From a virus (taxonomy: Duplodnaviria; Caudoviricetes), in IMG/VR virus record IMGVR_UViG_3300020045_000926, positions 1 through 46,305 of that record: 46,305 nucleotides of DNA, one strand, 5' to 3'. The notes under the pieces are model-generated. The model was not told the origin of the DNA. It did no database searches and worked only from the letters and a program-made list of their open reading frames with translations. Both the position numbers and the translations under genes were made by a program. This document shows positions 33,871 to 42,492 of the stretch, piece after piece. Position 1 is the stretch's first letter. Each line of letters starts with the position of its first letter.

Positions 33871-34998
33871 ATGCCACAAGGTACTGGTAAAGTTGCTTAT
33901 GGTTCGGAATTAAAAAGAAAAGCTTGGATGTCTGAAGGACTGATTCAAAAATCAGCAACTTCTTTCTGGGCACCTTATAAAGGTAATTCTTTTGACTCTA
34001 TAATCATGGTTGCAAATGATATTTCAAAGAGTAAAGGTCACAACGTTGTTTTTGACTTCGATGGAAATTTAAGTGGTAAGCCTGTAAAAGGTAATAAAAC
34101 TGCTAAAGGTACTGGGGAACAAAAGAAAAAATTCTCTGATACATTAACTGTTGCTGACTATAGATATGTAGTTGATAATGGTACAAAATTTGATGGTGTA
34201 GAGATTGGTGACTTATCTATTAATGAGCACTCTGACTCTAGAACAAAATTATCTGATTTATGGGTAAGAAGTGAAGACCAAGCGTATTTCGACTTAGCTC
34301 AACAATCATCAGAATTTGGTGTTGATTTAGGTTCTACATTTACACTAGATAAAGTTTTAGATATGGAAACAGTTGTTAAAACTGGTACTGGATTTGATAC
34401 TTCACCAGTTGGTATTTCTAAAAGATTACCACTAAAACCATTTACATTAGCAAATGGAAAACCTGTTTGGTTATTCTTATGCGACACGTATATGAAAAAC
34501 AAACTTTTAAAATCTTCTGGAGCACAAACTTTATTGTCTCAAATGGATTTAAGAGGAAATGAAAACAGATTAATTAAATCTCAAATTGGTACAATTGGAA
34601 ACTTCTTATTTCTTGATGCTGGTTCTTTCTTTGGTTATACTGAAGGAAATATCCTAGTTAATGGATACTATGAGTATGAAAATACTGGAGTAGAAATTGC
34701 TGGTATGAGACAATATGACACTGTTAATCAAGTATGGACTGGTCAAGAAGGTTTTGATATTGCTTCTACATTAAAATCAAGAGGTGTTATCTTAGGTGCT
34801 GGAGCATTCCAAAAAGCTAATGGTATGATGCCAGATTACAAATATGAAGAAACTGACTTTGGTAAATTCTCAGAATCTTGTTTAGAAACTTGGTGTGCTG
34901 CTAAAGCAACTAAATTACTTGCAGAGAATGAAGATTACAGGGATGGTAAAGTTGCTGGTTATAACTACGGCTCTATCTTCGTTGATATTGCTATATAA
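33871..34998 (+). CDS. Major capsid protein (DUF4043 / N4-gp56-like)
   Basis: 375 aa; KG..V.F....L.G.PV.G....G..E, R..L..W...D and G.IG motifs; position. Confidence 0.85.
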   Translation: MPQGTGKVAYGSELKRKAWMSEGLIQKSATSFWAPYKGNSFDSIIMVANDISKSKGHNVVFDFDGNLSGKPVKGNKTAKGTGEQKKKFSDTLTVADYRYVVDNGTKFDGVEIGDLSINEHSDSRTKLSDLWVRSEDQAYFDLAQQSSEFGVDLGSTFTLDKVLDMETVVKTGTGFDTSPVGISKRLPLKPFTLANGKPVWLFLCDTYMKNKLLKSSGAQTLLSQMDLRGNENRLIKSQIGTIGNFLFLDAGSFFGYTEGNILVNGYYEYENTGVEIAGMRQYDTVNQVWTGQEGFDIASTLKSRGVILGAGAFQKANGMMPDYKYEETDFGKFSESCLETWCAAKATKLLAENEDYRDGKVAGYNYGSIFVDIAI

Positions 34999-35008
34999 GG
35001 AGATTTAG

Positions 35009-35407
35009 ATGGCAGATTTAAGATTTGAAAGTAAAAACAACCAAAAGAAAGAAGGATCATTCTTCGCTTCTGGTATAATTTCTAAAGAGTCTGGAGTTAC
35101 TGTAAATGATACACTATTTACTTTACCTAGAGCATCTTTAGTTAGAAATGCATATGTTATTGTTACTGATGCTGCAGGAGCTGGGGATACATTAGATATT
35201 AAAGTTGGTTCTACTGTTATTGCAAATGAAGTAGCTATTTCAGCTTTAGGTACAATTGTAGGTTCTGTAACTCCTGCTTACTTTGCTACTGGTGGAGCTG
35301 TTTCAGTTGTGTCAGGAGCTGGTGGAGCATTAGATGCTGCTTGCGCTTACAAAATTGTTGTTGAGTATATTGAAACTGAATTATCAGAAGGTTCTTATAC
35401 TGACTAA
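35009..35407 (+). CDS. Capsid decoration/cement protein
   Basis: Small beta-rich protein (LFTLP...V...V.V..A) co-transcribed with the capsid gene before a terminator. Confidence 0.55.
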   Translation: MADLRFESKNNQKKEGSFFASGIISKESGVTVNDTLFTLPRASLVRNAYVIVTDAAGAGDTLDIKVGSTVIANEVAISALGTIVGSVTPAYFATGGAVSVVSGAGGALDAACAYKIVVEYIETELSEGSYTD

Positions 35408-35413
35408 ATAATT

Positions 35414-35449
35414 AAATAGACTCTCTCTTGAGGGAGGGAGGACTATTTT
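35414..35449 (+). terminator. Intrinsic terminator after the capsid genes
   Basis: CTCTCTC-TTGA-GGGAGGG stem (with G-U pairs) followed by ACTATTTT. Confidence 0.55.
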
Positions 35450-35501
35450 ATAGAGTTCTCCTAATCTTAGAGGTTTCTATTAAATAGTTAAAGGAAATAA
35501 A

Positions 35502-36260
35502 ATGGGTAGAATTACTAACATTATAAATAATGTTAGAATAGATTTAGGTGATACAAATGAGTCTAGGTATTCTACTGATATCCTTATTAGGCATTTAAAT
35601 AGTGGAATTAATGACTTTGTTATGGCTACTAAATGTTTAAAAGAAAGGATTTATGTAGGATTAAATTACTCTTCTTCTATATATGATTTAAGACCTTATG
35701 CTTTAGACTTTATAAGAGCAGAGTATATGGGAAGAAATATAGAGGCAAAAAGTTTTGTTGAATTAGATAAAATTAATCCAGATTGGCAAAGTGAGATTGG
35801 TACTACTGTAAAGTATGTAACTTTTGATAATCTTAGTAAAGGTATGTTTAGAGTATATCCTAAAGTAGAAGGTTCTTTGGATATTATACAACAAAATAGC
35901 TTATATGGTGGATTAATAGATATTACTATAGGTGATGATGATTACCAAATACCTTCAATAGAAGATGTAGAAAGTAACATGGATAAATATATAGTTTTAT
36001 ATGTTATTAAACATCCTAAAGTAGTTACTATAAGTACTTCTGACTCTGATTTAGAAATACATAAAGTATATGATACTGCTATGGAAAAATACATTACTTC
36101 TATGTGTTTAAGAAGTGATACAGATGCACTGAATAGACAGTATGGTAATGAACAACTTCAACTATATTCTAATTATGTTACATCTGCAAAGAACTCTGTT
36201 TCTAATGCATCTAATAGAGTAGAGGATAGAATTATATCTTATAGGGGAGGTTTTCAGTGA
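35502..36260 (+). CDS. Head-tail adaptor protein
   Basis: I...VR..LGD....RYS...L...LN pattern and RVYP motif; position. Confidence 0.65.
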   Translation: MGRITNIINNVRIDLGDTNESRYSTDILIRHLNSGINDFVMATKCLKERIYVGLNYSSSIYDLRPYALDFIRAEYMGRNIEAKSFVELDKINPDWQSEIGTTVKYVTFDNLSKGMFRVYPKVEGSLDIIQQNSLYGGLIDITIGDDDYQIPSIEDVESNMDKYIVLYVIKHPKVVTISTSDSDLEIHKVYDTAMEKYITSMCLRSDTDALNRQYGNEQLQLYSNYVTSAKNSVSNASNRVEDRIISYRGGFQ

Positions 36261-38491
36261 GAAGTATAAATATAAATAGACAAAAATTAGGTTTAGAAGA
36301 CTTAACTTTTGGCGTTGGTACTGAAACTCAGACAAGAGCAGGACAATCAGTAGTAGTTACAAAGATTAATGCAGGTAATTTACCTTTTGATGAGACTAGG
36401 AGTTTACTGGAATGGGCTCAATCACTTAATCTAGAAGAATTAGGGAATATGTCTGCAGAATTACAAGCTTTATATAATAACTTAACTATGTTAGGCAATG
36501 TAGAAGACAATTTAGTTATGCTAAATTCAGTAGAAGACAACTTAACTGAGTTACTACAAGTTAATGAAAATGCAGCACAAGTAGCAGCAGATAAAATAAT
36601 AGTAAATGCAGATAAGTTAATTGTATCTCAGGATAAAATTGATATTACAACTATGAAGTCTGCAGTAGAATCTATGTATGATAGTTTTGATGATAGATTC
36701 TTAGGAGCTAAGTTAAATGACCCAACTGTTGATAATGATGGTAACCCATTAGTAGATGGAGCCTTATATTTTAATTCATCTTCACATGCTTTGAAAGTAT
36801 ATAGTTTAACTGATACTACTTGGTATATAATACCTCAAATATATCTATCAGGTTTATTAGATGTTCAATTAACTTCTATTACTACTGGAGATATATTAAA
36901 CTGGAATGGATCTAAATGGGTTAATACAAGAACACCTAAGTTTAGTACTATGCAACTATCTGGAGGTAATAGTACAGCCGGTACTATCAGCTGGAATAAT
37001 GATGAATTAACATTAGATATTATTTTAAATTCTAATGTTACACTTCAAGCTGGTCAAGAACTCACATTACCTTGTAAAAATAATTCTGGCTCTACTATAC
37101 TAAATGGTAAAGTAGTTATGGCAGTTGGTACTACTGGTAATAGTGGGCAGGTTTTAATTGGTTTACATGATGGTACAAAAGCTAGTGCAAGAAGAGTAGT
37201 TGGTATAGCTACTGAAGATATAATAAACAATAATGTAGGCTTTGTTACTATTACTGGTAAAGTTAGGGGTTTAAATACAACTGGTTCTATTTATGGTGAA
37301 ACTTGGTTAGATAATGATGTATTATATGTTAAAGCAAATGGAGCATTAACAAAAGTAGAACCATTGGATGAAGACTTAAAGATGCCAATAGCATTTGTCC
37401 TACATTCACATTCTAATGGAACATTATTAGTTAGAACAACTGGTATAGATGAAAATCATGATAAGGACTATATAGAAAGTATATATGCTAGGAAAACAGT
37501 ACTTGGTGGTGGAAGAAACTACTTAATAAATGGTAACTTTGATAAATGGGATTATGCATCTAGTCAAACAGCTAGTGGATATGGAAGTGATAACAGATGG
37601 GATAATGCTAATTTTGGTTCAACAAAAGTACATAGTTCAGTAGCTTGTACAGATACAGAACGAGCTTTATTTAATGCAAATTATTTTAGTAGAACAGTTG
37701 TTTCAAGTGTTGCTGGAACAAATAATTCAGTAACAAAATATCAATTTATAGAAGATGTAACAAAATTAGCTGGTAAAACTGTGACATTAAGCTTCTGGGC
37801 TAAAGCTGATAGTAATAAAAATATTGCTATTGATTTTGGTCAATTATTTGGAAGTGGTGGGTCTCCATCAGCAGCAGTAGTTGGTATTAGTGCTCAAAAA
37901 GTTGCATTAACTACAACTTGGCAAAAGAAATCTATAACAGTTACATTACCAAATATTGTAGGTAAAACACTAGGAACTGATGGGGTTTCATCAAGTTCAA
38001 CATATATAATTTTTTGGTTTGATGCTGGTTCTGCTTACAATTCAAGAACAGATTCGCTAGGTCAGCAAAGCGGAACTTTCGATATTACTCAAGTTAAGAT
38101 TGAAGATGGAAGTGTACCTACTGATGGATGGCATCCGTATGATGGAGAATTCGGAGGTGAGATTCAAGCTTGTGAAAGATATTATAGACAATTTATATAT
38201 ATTGGTGGTTCCCAATCGTTTGCTAACTCACATGTATTTACTGTCCCTGAGTTATTAAATATGAGAGTTACACCCACTCTTACAAATGCTGCAAGTGGCG
38301 CTGGATCAGGAGCTTTTGTTTCAACCTTAGGTTCTGCAACAGCGATAACCTATATATCAGCAAATTCTTGTACTGCTAGTGGGAACATAATTACTGCAAA
38401 TGTATTAGGTAATATTGATAATGGAGTTGGTGCAGTATCTATTACAGGAACTGCTTCAGCAGAATATAAGGAAGAAATATATGGATTATAG
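36257..38491 (+). CDS. Tail fibre protein
   Basis: Coiled coil, FDDRFLG.K..DP..DNDG..L..GALYFN, GDIL.WNGS.W.N; C-terminal RNYLING.F..W...C.RYY domain. Confidence 0.8.
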   Translation: MRSININRQKLGLEDLTFGVGTETQTRAGQSVVVTKINAGNLPFDETRSLLEWAQSLNLEELGNMSAELQALYNNLTMLGNVEDNLVMLNSVEDNLTELLQVNENAAQVAADKIIVNADKLIVSQDKIDITTMKSAVESMYDSFDDRFLGAKLNDPTVDNDGNPLVDGALYFNSSSHALKVYSLTDTTWYIIPQIYLSGLLDVQLTSITTGDILNWNGSKWVNTRTPKFSTMQLSGGNSTAGTISWNNDELTLDIILNSNVTLQAGQELTLPCKNNSGSTILNGKVVMAVGTTGNSGQVLIGLHDGTKASARRVVGIATEDIINNNVGFVTITGKVRGLNTTGSIYGETWLDNDVLYVKANGALTKVEPLDEDLKMPIAFVLHSHSNGTLLVRTTGIDENHDKDYIESIYARKTVLGGGRNYLINGNFDKWDYASSQTASGYGSDNRWDNANFGSTKVHSSVACTDTERALFNANYFSRTVVSSVAGTNNSVTKYQFIEDVTKLAGKTVTLSFWAKADSNKNIAIDFGQLFGSGGSPSAAVVGISAQKVALTTTWQKKSITVTLPNIVGKTLGTDGVSSSSTYIIFWFDAGSAYNSRTDSLGQQSGTFDITQVKIEDGSVPTDGWHPYDGEFGGEIQACERYYRQFIYIGGSQSFANSHVFTVPELLNMRVTPTLTNAASGAGSGAFVSTLGSATAITYISANSCTASGNIITANVLGNIDNGVGAVSITGTASAEYKEEIYGL

Positions 38492-38852
38492 TTTATTAGC
38501 AACACTAGCAGGATATGCTATGGTTGGAGCAGCTGCATTTTTTCATACTAAGTATCAATCAGAAGCAAATAAAGTTAGTAGTGAAGAAACTAAGAAAGAA
38601 CTAAATAAAGACTTGGATATGTTATCTAATAGACTAAATGTATTCTTTAAGAAGTTAGATGCTCATGGAGAGGATATTAGAGGTCTTCAAACAGAGAAGG
38701 AACAGTTTCTTACTTCTAAGGATGCAGATGATTTATATCTAAGGATAAAGGAGTTTGATAGGTTTGAAAAGCATATTGATAAGAGGTTTGATTCAATGGA
38801 GTCTTCAATGGGAAAGATATTAACTAAACTAGATTCTTTAAAGGAGAAATAA
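38481..38852 (+). CDS. Putative holin or membrane-anchored coiled-coil protein (start re-called at 38481)
   Basis: AAGGAAG RBS; one N-terminal hydrophobic helix, then coiled coil. Confidence 0.5.
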   Translation: MDYSLLATLAGYAMVGAAAFFHTKYQSEANKVSSEETKKELNKDLDMLSNRLNVFFKKLDAHGEDIRGLQTEKEQFLTSKDADDLYLRIKEFDRFEKHIDKRFDSMESSMGKILTKLDSLKEK

Positions 38853-39073
38853 TGGTTACAATTTTATTAAAATTATTGCTTAAGCTTTTAACAAGTGAAG
38901 CAACAAAAACAGTAATTGCAGTTGGAGTAAACAAGTTACTTGAAGCAAAAGGTGATGGTATTACTAAGGAAGTAGCAAAAGTTATGATTGATGGAATTGC
39001 CCAGTCTAAACATAACCCTACAACAGAAGATGTATTTAGCGATGCATTAAATTTATTAAAAGGAGACTTATAA
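38852..39073 (+). CDS. Hypothetical protein (lysis-region candidate)
   Basis: AAGGAG RBS; amphipathic N-terminus. Confidence 0.6.
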   Translation: MVTILLKLLLKLLTSEATKTVIAVGVNKLLEAKGDGITKEVAKVMIDGIAQSKHNPTTEDVFSDALNLLKGDL

Positions 39074-39303
39074 TGTATTTAAGTAGTGACGGACATGGGT
39101 ATAGAATTCAAAGCTTTGCACCTAATACTAGTAAGTCTTTTACTAGTGGGGTATATACACCAGAAGAAACAATAGCTTGCACTTTTGATAATACAGTTGC
39201 TATAACATTAGATGGAGTAACTATTGAATATGATAATTTTATATTTATTAAGGGACTTACATATACATTAGGTAGCAATGTAAATGCTCATGTAATGAGT
39301 TAA
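39073..39303 (+). CDS. Small beta-rich hypothetical protein
   Basis: AAGGAG RBS; stop/start overlap. Confidence 0.6.
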   Translation: MYLSSDGHGYRIQSFAPNTSKSFTSGVYTPEETIACTFDNTVAITLDGVTIEYDNFIFIKGLTYTLGSNVNAHVMS

Positions 39304-39343
39304 GCTATGATTGAAAAATTAAATAAACAAGGAGAAAAATAAA

Positions 39344-39472
39344 ATGTTTAATATATTTGGTGGAAGTAGAGGAAAAAGTAAAAAGGTAGACGAAATCACT
39401 CTAACTTTAACCGATACAAAAAAATATTTAATAACAGATACAAAAAAATTAATTGTAGTAAAAGGAGCATAA
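39344..39472 (+). CDS. Hypothetical 42-aa protein (MFNIFGGSRGK...), not in ORF track
   Basis: AAGGAG RBS; TDTKK x2; stop one base before the tailspike ATG. Confidence 0.5.
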   Translation: MFNIFGGSRGKSKKVDEITLTLTDTKKYLITDTKKLIVVKGA

Positions 39473-39473
39473 A

Positions 39474-41522
39474 ATGGCAGTAGAAACAAAAGAAATAAAA
39501 GAGAGTGATTTAGATAAGTTAGCAGCTATAACAGTAGAAGCTACAGAAATTAATGATGTTGTAGATAATTTAAAAGATTTAACAAGTAGTGCTAGTCAGA
39601 TTGATGGTTCAACAATATGGGTAAATTCTGCTACTGCTTTTGGTGTAGTTGCGGATGGAGTAACGAATGACACTATAGCATTGCAAAGTGCAATTGATTA
39701 TGCTTTTGATAATAAAATAGGTACAGTAAGACTGCCATCTGGTAAAATGTTAATATCTGAAATAATATTAAGGAGTGGAGTAAGTTTAATTGGAGTTAGA
39801 CCAAAATTAACTTTTATACAAAACTGCCCTGATTTAGGATTCACAATGGATAGTGGTTCTGTTTTTGTACCAATTGATGCAAATTCTAAGGGGATAGTCG
39901 GGAATAATATAGACAGCATAGGTGTTGATAGCGGAATCAAGGCACTGTCTAATATTGTTCTAAAAGATTTCGGATTAAAAGGGTTTAAATATCCAATTAA
40001 AATAGGTGCTAAAAACCAACTGGGTATGGGTATGGGAGGATTTGATGGTATTATTATAGATGGCACAAATGAAAATAATGTTCAGGTAACAGAAATAGGT
40101 ATGACTTTATATAATATACAGCAGACAGTAAACGCAGGTATTTATATGTTTAATGTAAGAAATGGTGTAAAAATATATAATGATAAAGACCTACCCGTTT
40201 GTTCAAGTGGGAATAGCATATTTTCGAAAACTTATATATTTCTTGATTCAAATACACGAAGTGAGTACACATCATCTATATCTTCAATAAGTTTAGGTAC
40301 AACAACGTCTATCACACTAAGTACAGCACATAATTTAGAAACAGGAGATATTATTCAAATAAATAATGCTACATCCACAGATGCAAGTATAATTAATAAT
40401 ATTTTTTCTGTCTACTCAGTAGTAGATGCTAATACAATAATACTAAATATAAATACGACAGGGAAAAGTATAAATATATCAACTGCAATTTTGGAAAAAG
40501 GACGGGCAGGGATTCATCTTATATCTAGAGGAACACAAGATTTAAACCATATCACTTTCTACTCGCCTCAGGTAAACTGTTTTACCTCAACAAGTCCAAA
40601 TAAAGGTATATGTAATTTTGCTGCTTGTGGTACATCTAGTGTAATAACGGGGACTACTTTCAATGAGATGGATATAGAAGGGGCTACGGATTCACATCTA
40701 TTTATTGAAAGAGCATCTTCTTGTACTTTTAATATAGCAATAGATTCCATCACACCACCTTTGGGGACAATAAATATAAAACAATCAACAAATTTGTCTA
40801 TTATATCGAACGACCAAGATATCACATTAAATATAGCACATAAATCTGCACAAGGAGGTATAGGAGCAATTAATGTACTTGGTAGAATTGCAGGGTACAC
40901 CACTAATTCAATTAAAGCTAAATATGGACACTATGTAGATGTAAATAATGCAAAAACTTATTTCGGAGGAACTAATAATTTACAAAGCTTAGTAATAGAC
41001 CATTCTACACCCTCAATCGGTGTTGACAATGTTACTGGTACTTGGTTTGCATTAAGATTATTTTCTAAAAATCCTGCGTCAAAAATAAGCGGTAGTTTTA
41101 CAATTGGTATAGATAGAGTCGGGTTGCATGAGTGTATAAATTCAAGTAACATAACGATTACGTTACCCTTTAGTGGTGCAGATTATGGACAAGCTAAAGT
41201 AGGGAGTCCTGTGTTAATAAGTAAACTATCAGGTATTGGAAACATTACGATAACAGCAGCCAGCGGACAGACATTAGGCGGTTCTAGTAGTTCTATCATA
41301 TTACCAGCGAATATTGGTGCATCTATATTTCTTATTTCAACTGGTGAGGGAGATTGGGTGGTTGTATCTCAAAATAATAATGGAAGTTTACTCTCATCTG
41401 GAAATACAGCAAGTAGGCCAACAACAACAGAAATAGGATTTAAATATTTTGACACATCTCTTAATAAGCCTATTTGGAGAGCCTCAAGCGGTTGGGTTGA
41501 CTCATTAGGAGTTAGTGTTTAA
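39474..41522 (+). CDS. Tailspike / beta-helix receptor-binding protein (pectate lyase 3-like start)
   Basis: FGVVADGVTNDTIALQSAID...LPSG motif; C-terminal G.T..RP....G..YFDT.L.KPIW....WVD..G module. Confidence 0.85.
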   Translation: MAVETKEIKESDLDKLAAITVEATEINDVVDNLKDLTSSASQIDGSTIWVNSATAFGVVADGVTNDTIALQSAIDYAFDNKIGTVRLPSGKMLISEIILRSGVSLIGVRPKLTFIQNCPDLGFTMDSGSVFVPIDANSKGIVGNNIDSIGVDSGIKALSNIVLKDFGLKGFKYPIKIGAKNQLGMGMGGFDGIIIDGTNENNVQVTEIGMTLYNIQQTVNAGIYMFNVRNGVKIYNDKDLPVCSSGNSIFSKTYIFLDSNTRSEYTSSISSISLGTTTSITLSTAHNLETGDIIQINNATSTDASIINNIFSVYSVVDANTIILNINTTGKSINISTAILEKGRAGIHLISRGTQDLNHITFYSPQVNCFTSTSPNKGICNFAACGTSSVITGTTFNEMDIEGATDSHLFIERASSCTFNIAIDSITPPLGTINIKQSTNLSIISNDQDITLNIAHKSAQGGIGAINVLGRIAGYTTNSIKAKYGHYVDVNNAKTYFGGTNNLQSLVIDHSTPSIGVDNVTGTWFALRLFSKNPASKISGSFTIGIDRVGLHECINSSNITITLPFSGADYGQAKVGSPVLISKLSGIGNITITAASGQTLGGSSSSIILPANIGASIFLISTGEGDWVVVSQNNNGSLLSSGNTASRPTTTEIGFKYFDTSLNKPIWRASSGWVDSLGVSV

Positions 41523-41924
41523 TACCTTTTAGATTTACGAGGACGCAATTATAGTTCTATAGACAAAGCAATAAGAATATGGATTAACTATCCATATTCT
41601 CACTGTGAAATATTTATAGGTAAAAATTGGTACAGTTCTAGTCCAAGAGATAATGGAGTTAGATTTAAACAAATAGAACCAGAGATTGGTAGTTGGGATT
41701 ATGTTGAAGTTGATATAGATATAAATAGACTTAATAAAGTTTATGAAGAGCATAAAAATCAAGGTTATGATTATTTAGGTATAGCTCTTTGTATGATACT
41801 ACCATTAGGTAGAGATAATAAAAAGAAAATGTTCTGTTCTGAATTTATAGCTATGGTTCTAGGATTAGATAAACCAGAAATGTATAGTCCTGATGATTTG
41901 TATGTTTACTTAAAAAGGAAATAA
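41523..41924 (+). pseudogene. Permuted papain-like (YiiX/YebB NlpC/P60) reading frame without a standard start codon
   Basis: 133 open codons: IDKAIRIW..YPYSHCEI...SSSPRD.GVR...YDYLG...FCSEF...SPDDL; first ATG (41793) lies after the His motif. Confidence 0.7.
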
Positions 41925-41925
41925 T

Positions 41926-42483
41926 ATGGCAGATTTAAATAAGTCAATGGCTTTACTTAAACAAGTAGAGCATAGTAATAGAAATGATAAGTTGCTTCAT
42001 ATCAATGAAGGTGAGCATGGGCTTACCTTCTTTGGTATTTATGAGGCTGCACACCCAAACTGGAAAGGATGGGTAATTATAAAAAGATATTTAGCTAATG
42101 TACCTGATATTGAAAAGTGTTCACTAGTATTAGCCAATGTATCAGACTTAATACAATTAGTATATGAGTTTTATAGGAGAGAGTTTTGGAACAAGGCTGA
42201 TTTAGACTCTATAGTAGAACAAAGAAAAGCAGATGAAATCTTTATATTTGGTACAAATGCTGGTATGACTATAGCCGTTAAAAAAGCACAAGAACTAGTT
42301 GGTGTAACTATAGATGGGGATATGGGACCTAAAACTATTAAAGCTATTAATGATTATGATGTTGAAAAGTTTGGTGTGTTCTATGATTTAAAGGAAAAAG
42401 AGCATTATAATAAGTTAATTTACCTTAAAACTAATTTAAGAGTAAATCAAAAAGGTTGGTATAATAGAGCAGAGTTTGTATAG
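41926..42483 (+). CDS. Endolysin, glycoside hydrolase 108-like with peptidoglycan-binding C-terminus
   Basis: E.GLT.FGIY..AHP.W.GW, NAG, DG.MGP.T..A.N and GW.NR motifs. Confidence 0.85.
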   Translation: MADLNKSMALLKQVEHSNRNDKLLHINEGEHGLTFFGIYEAAHPNWKGWVIIKRYLANVPDIEKCSLVLANVSDLIQLVYEFYRREFWNKADLDSIVEQRKADEIFIFGTNAGMTIAVKKAQELVGVTIDGDMGPKTIKAINDYDVEKFGVFYDLKEKEHYNKLIYLKTNLRVNQKGWYNRAEFV

Positions 42484-42492
42484 GAGATACTA

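Noticed and set aside
36257-41522. Diversity-generating retroelement or invertible tail-fibre system
   Set aside because: No reverse transcriptase, recombinase or template/variable repeat pair seen
3870-41762. Antisense or out-of-frame ORFs in the track (e.g. 3870-4151, 6878-7204, 8110-8475, 9209-9541, 10568-11068, 12798-13031, 14604-14798, 15119-15439, 16596-16814, 20171-20455, 20994-21197, 31331-31543, 31884-32165, 34299-34502, 39698-41152, 41535-41762)
   Set aside because: They overlap well-supported genes, show no motifs or RBSs and have shadow-frame composition
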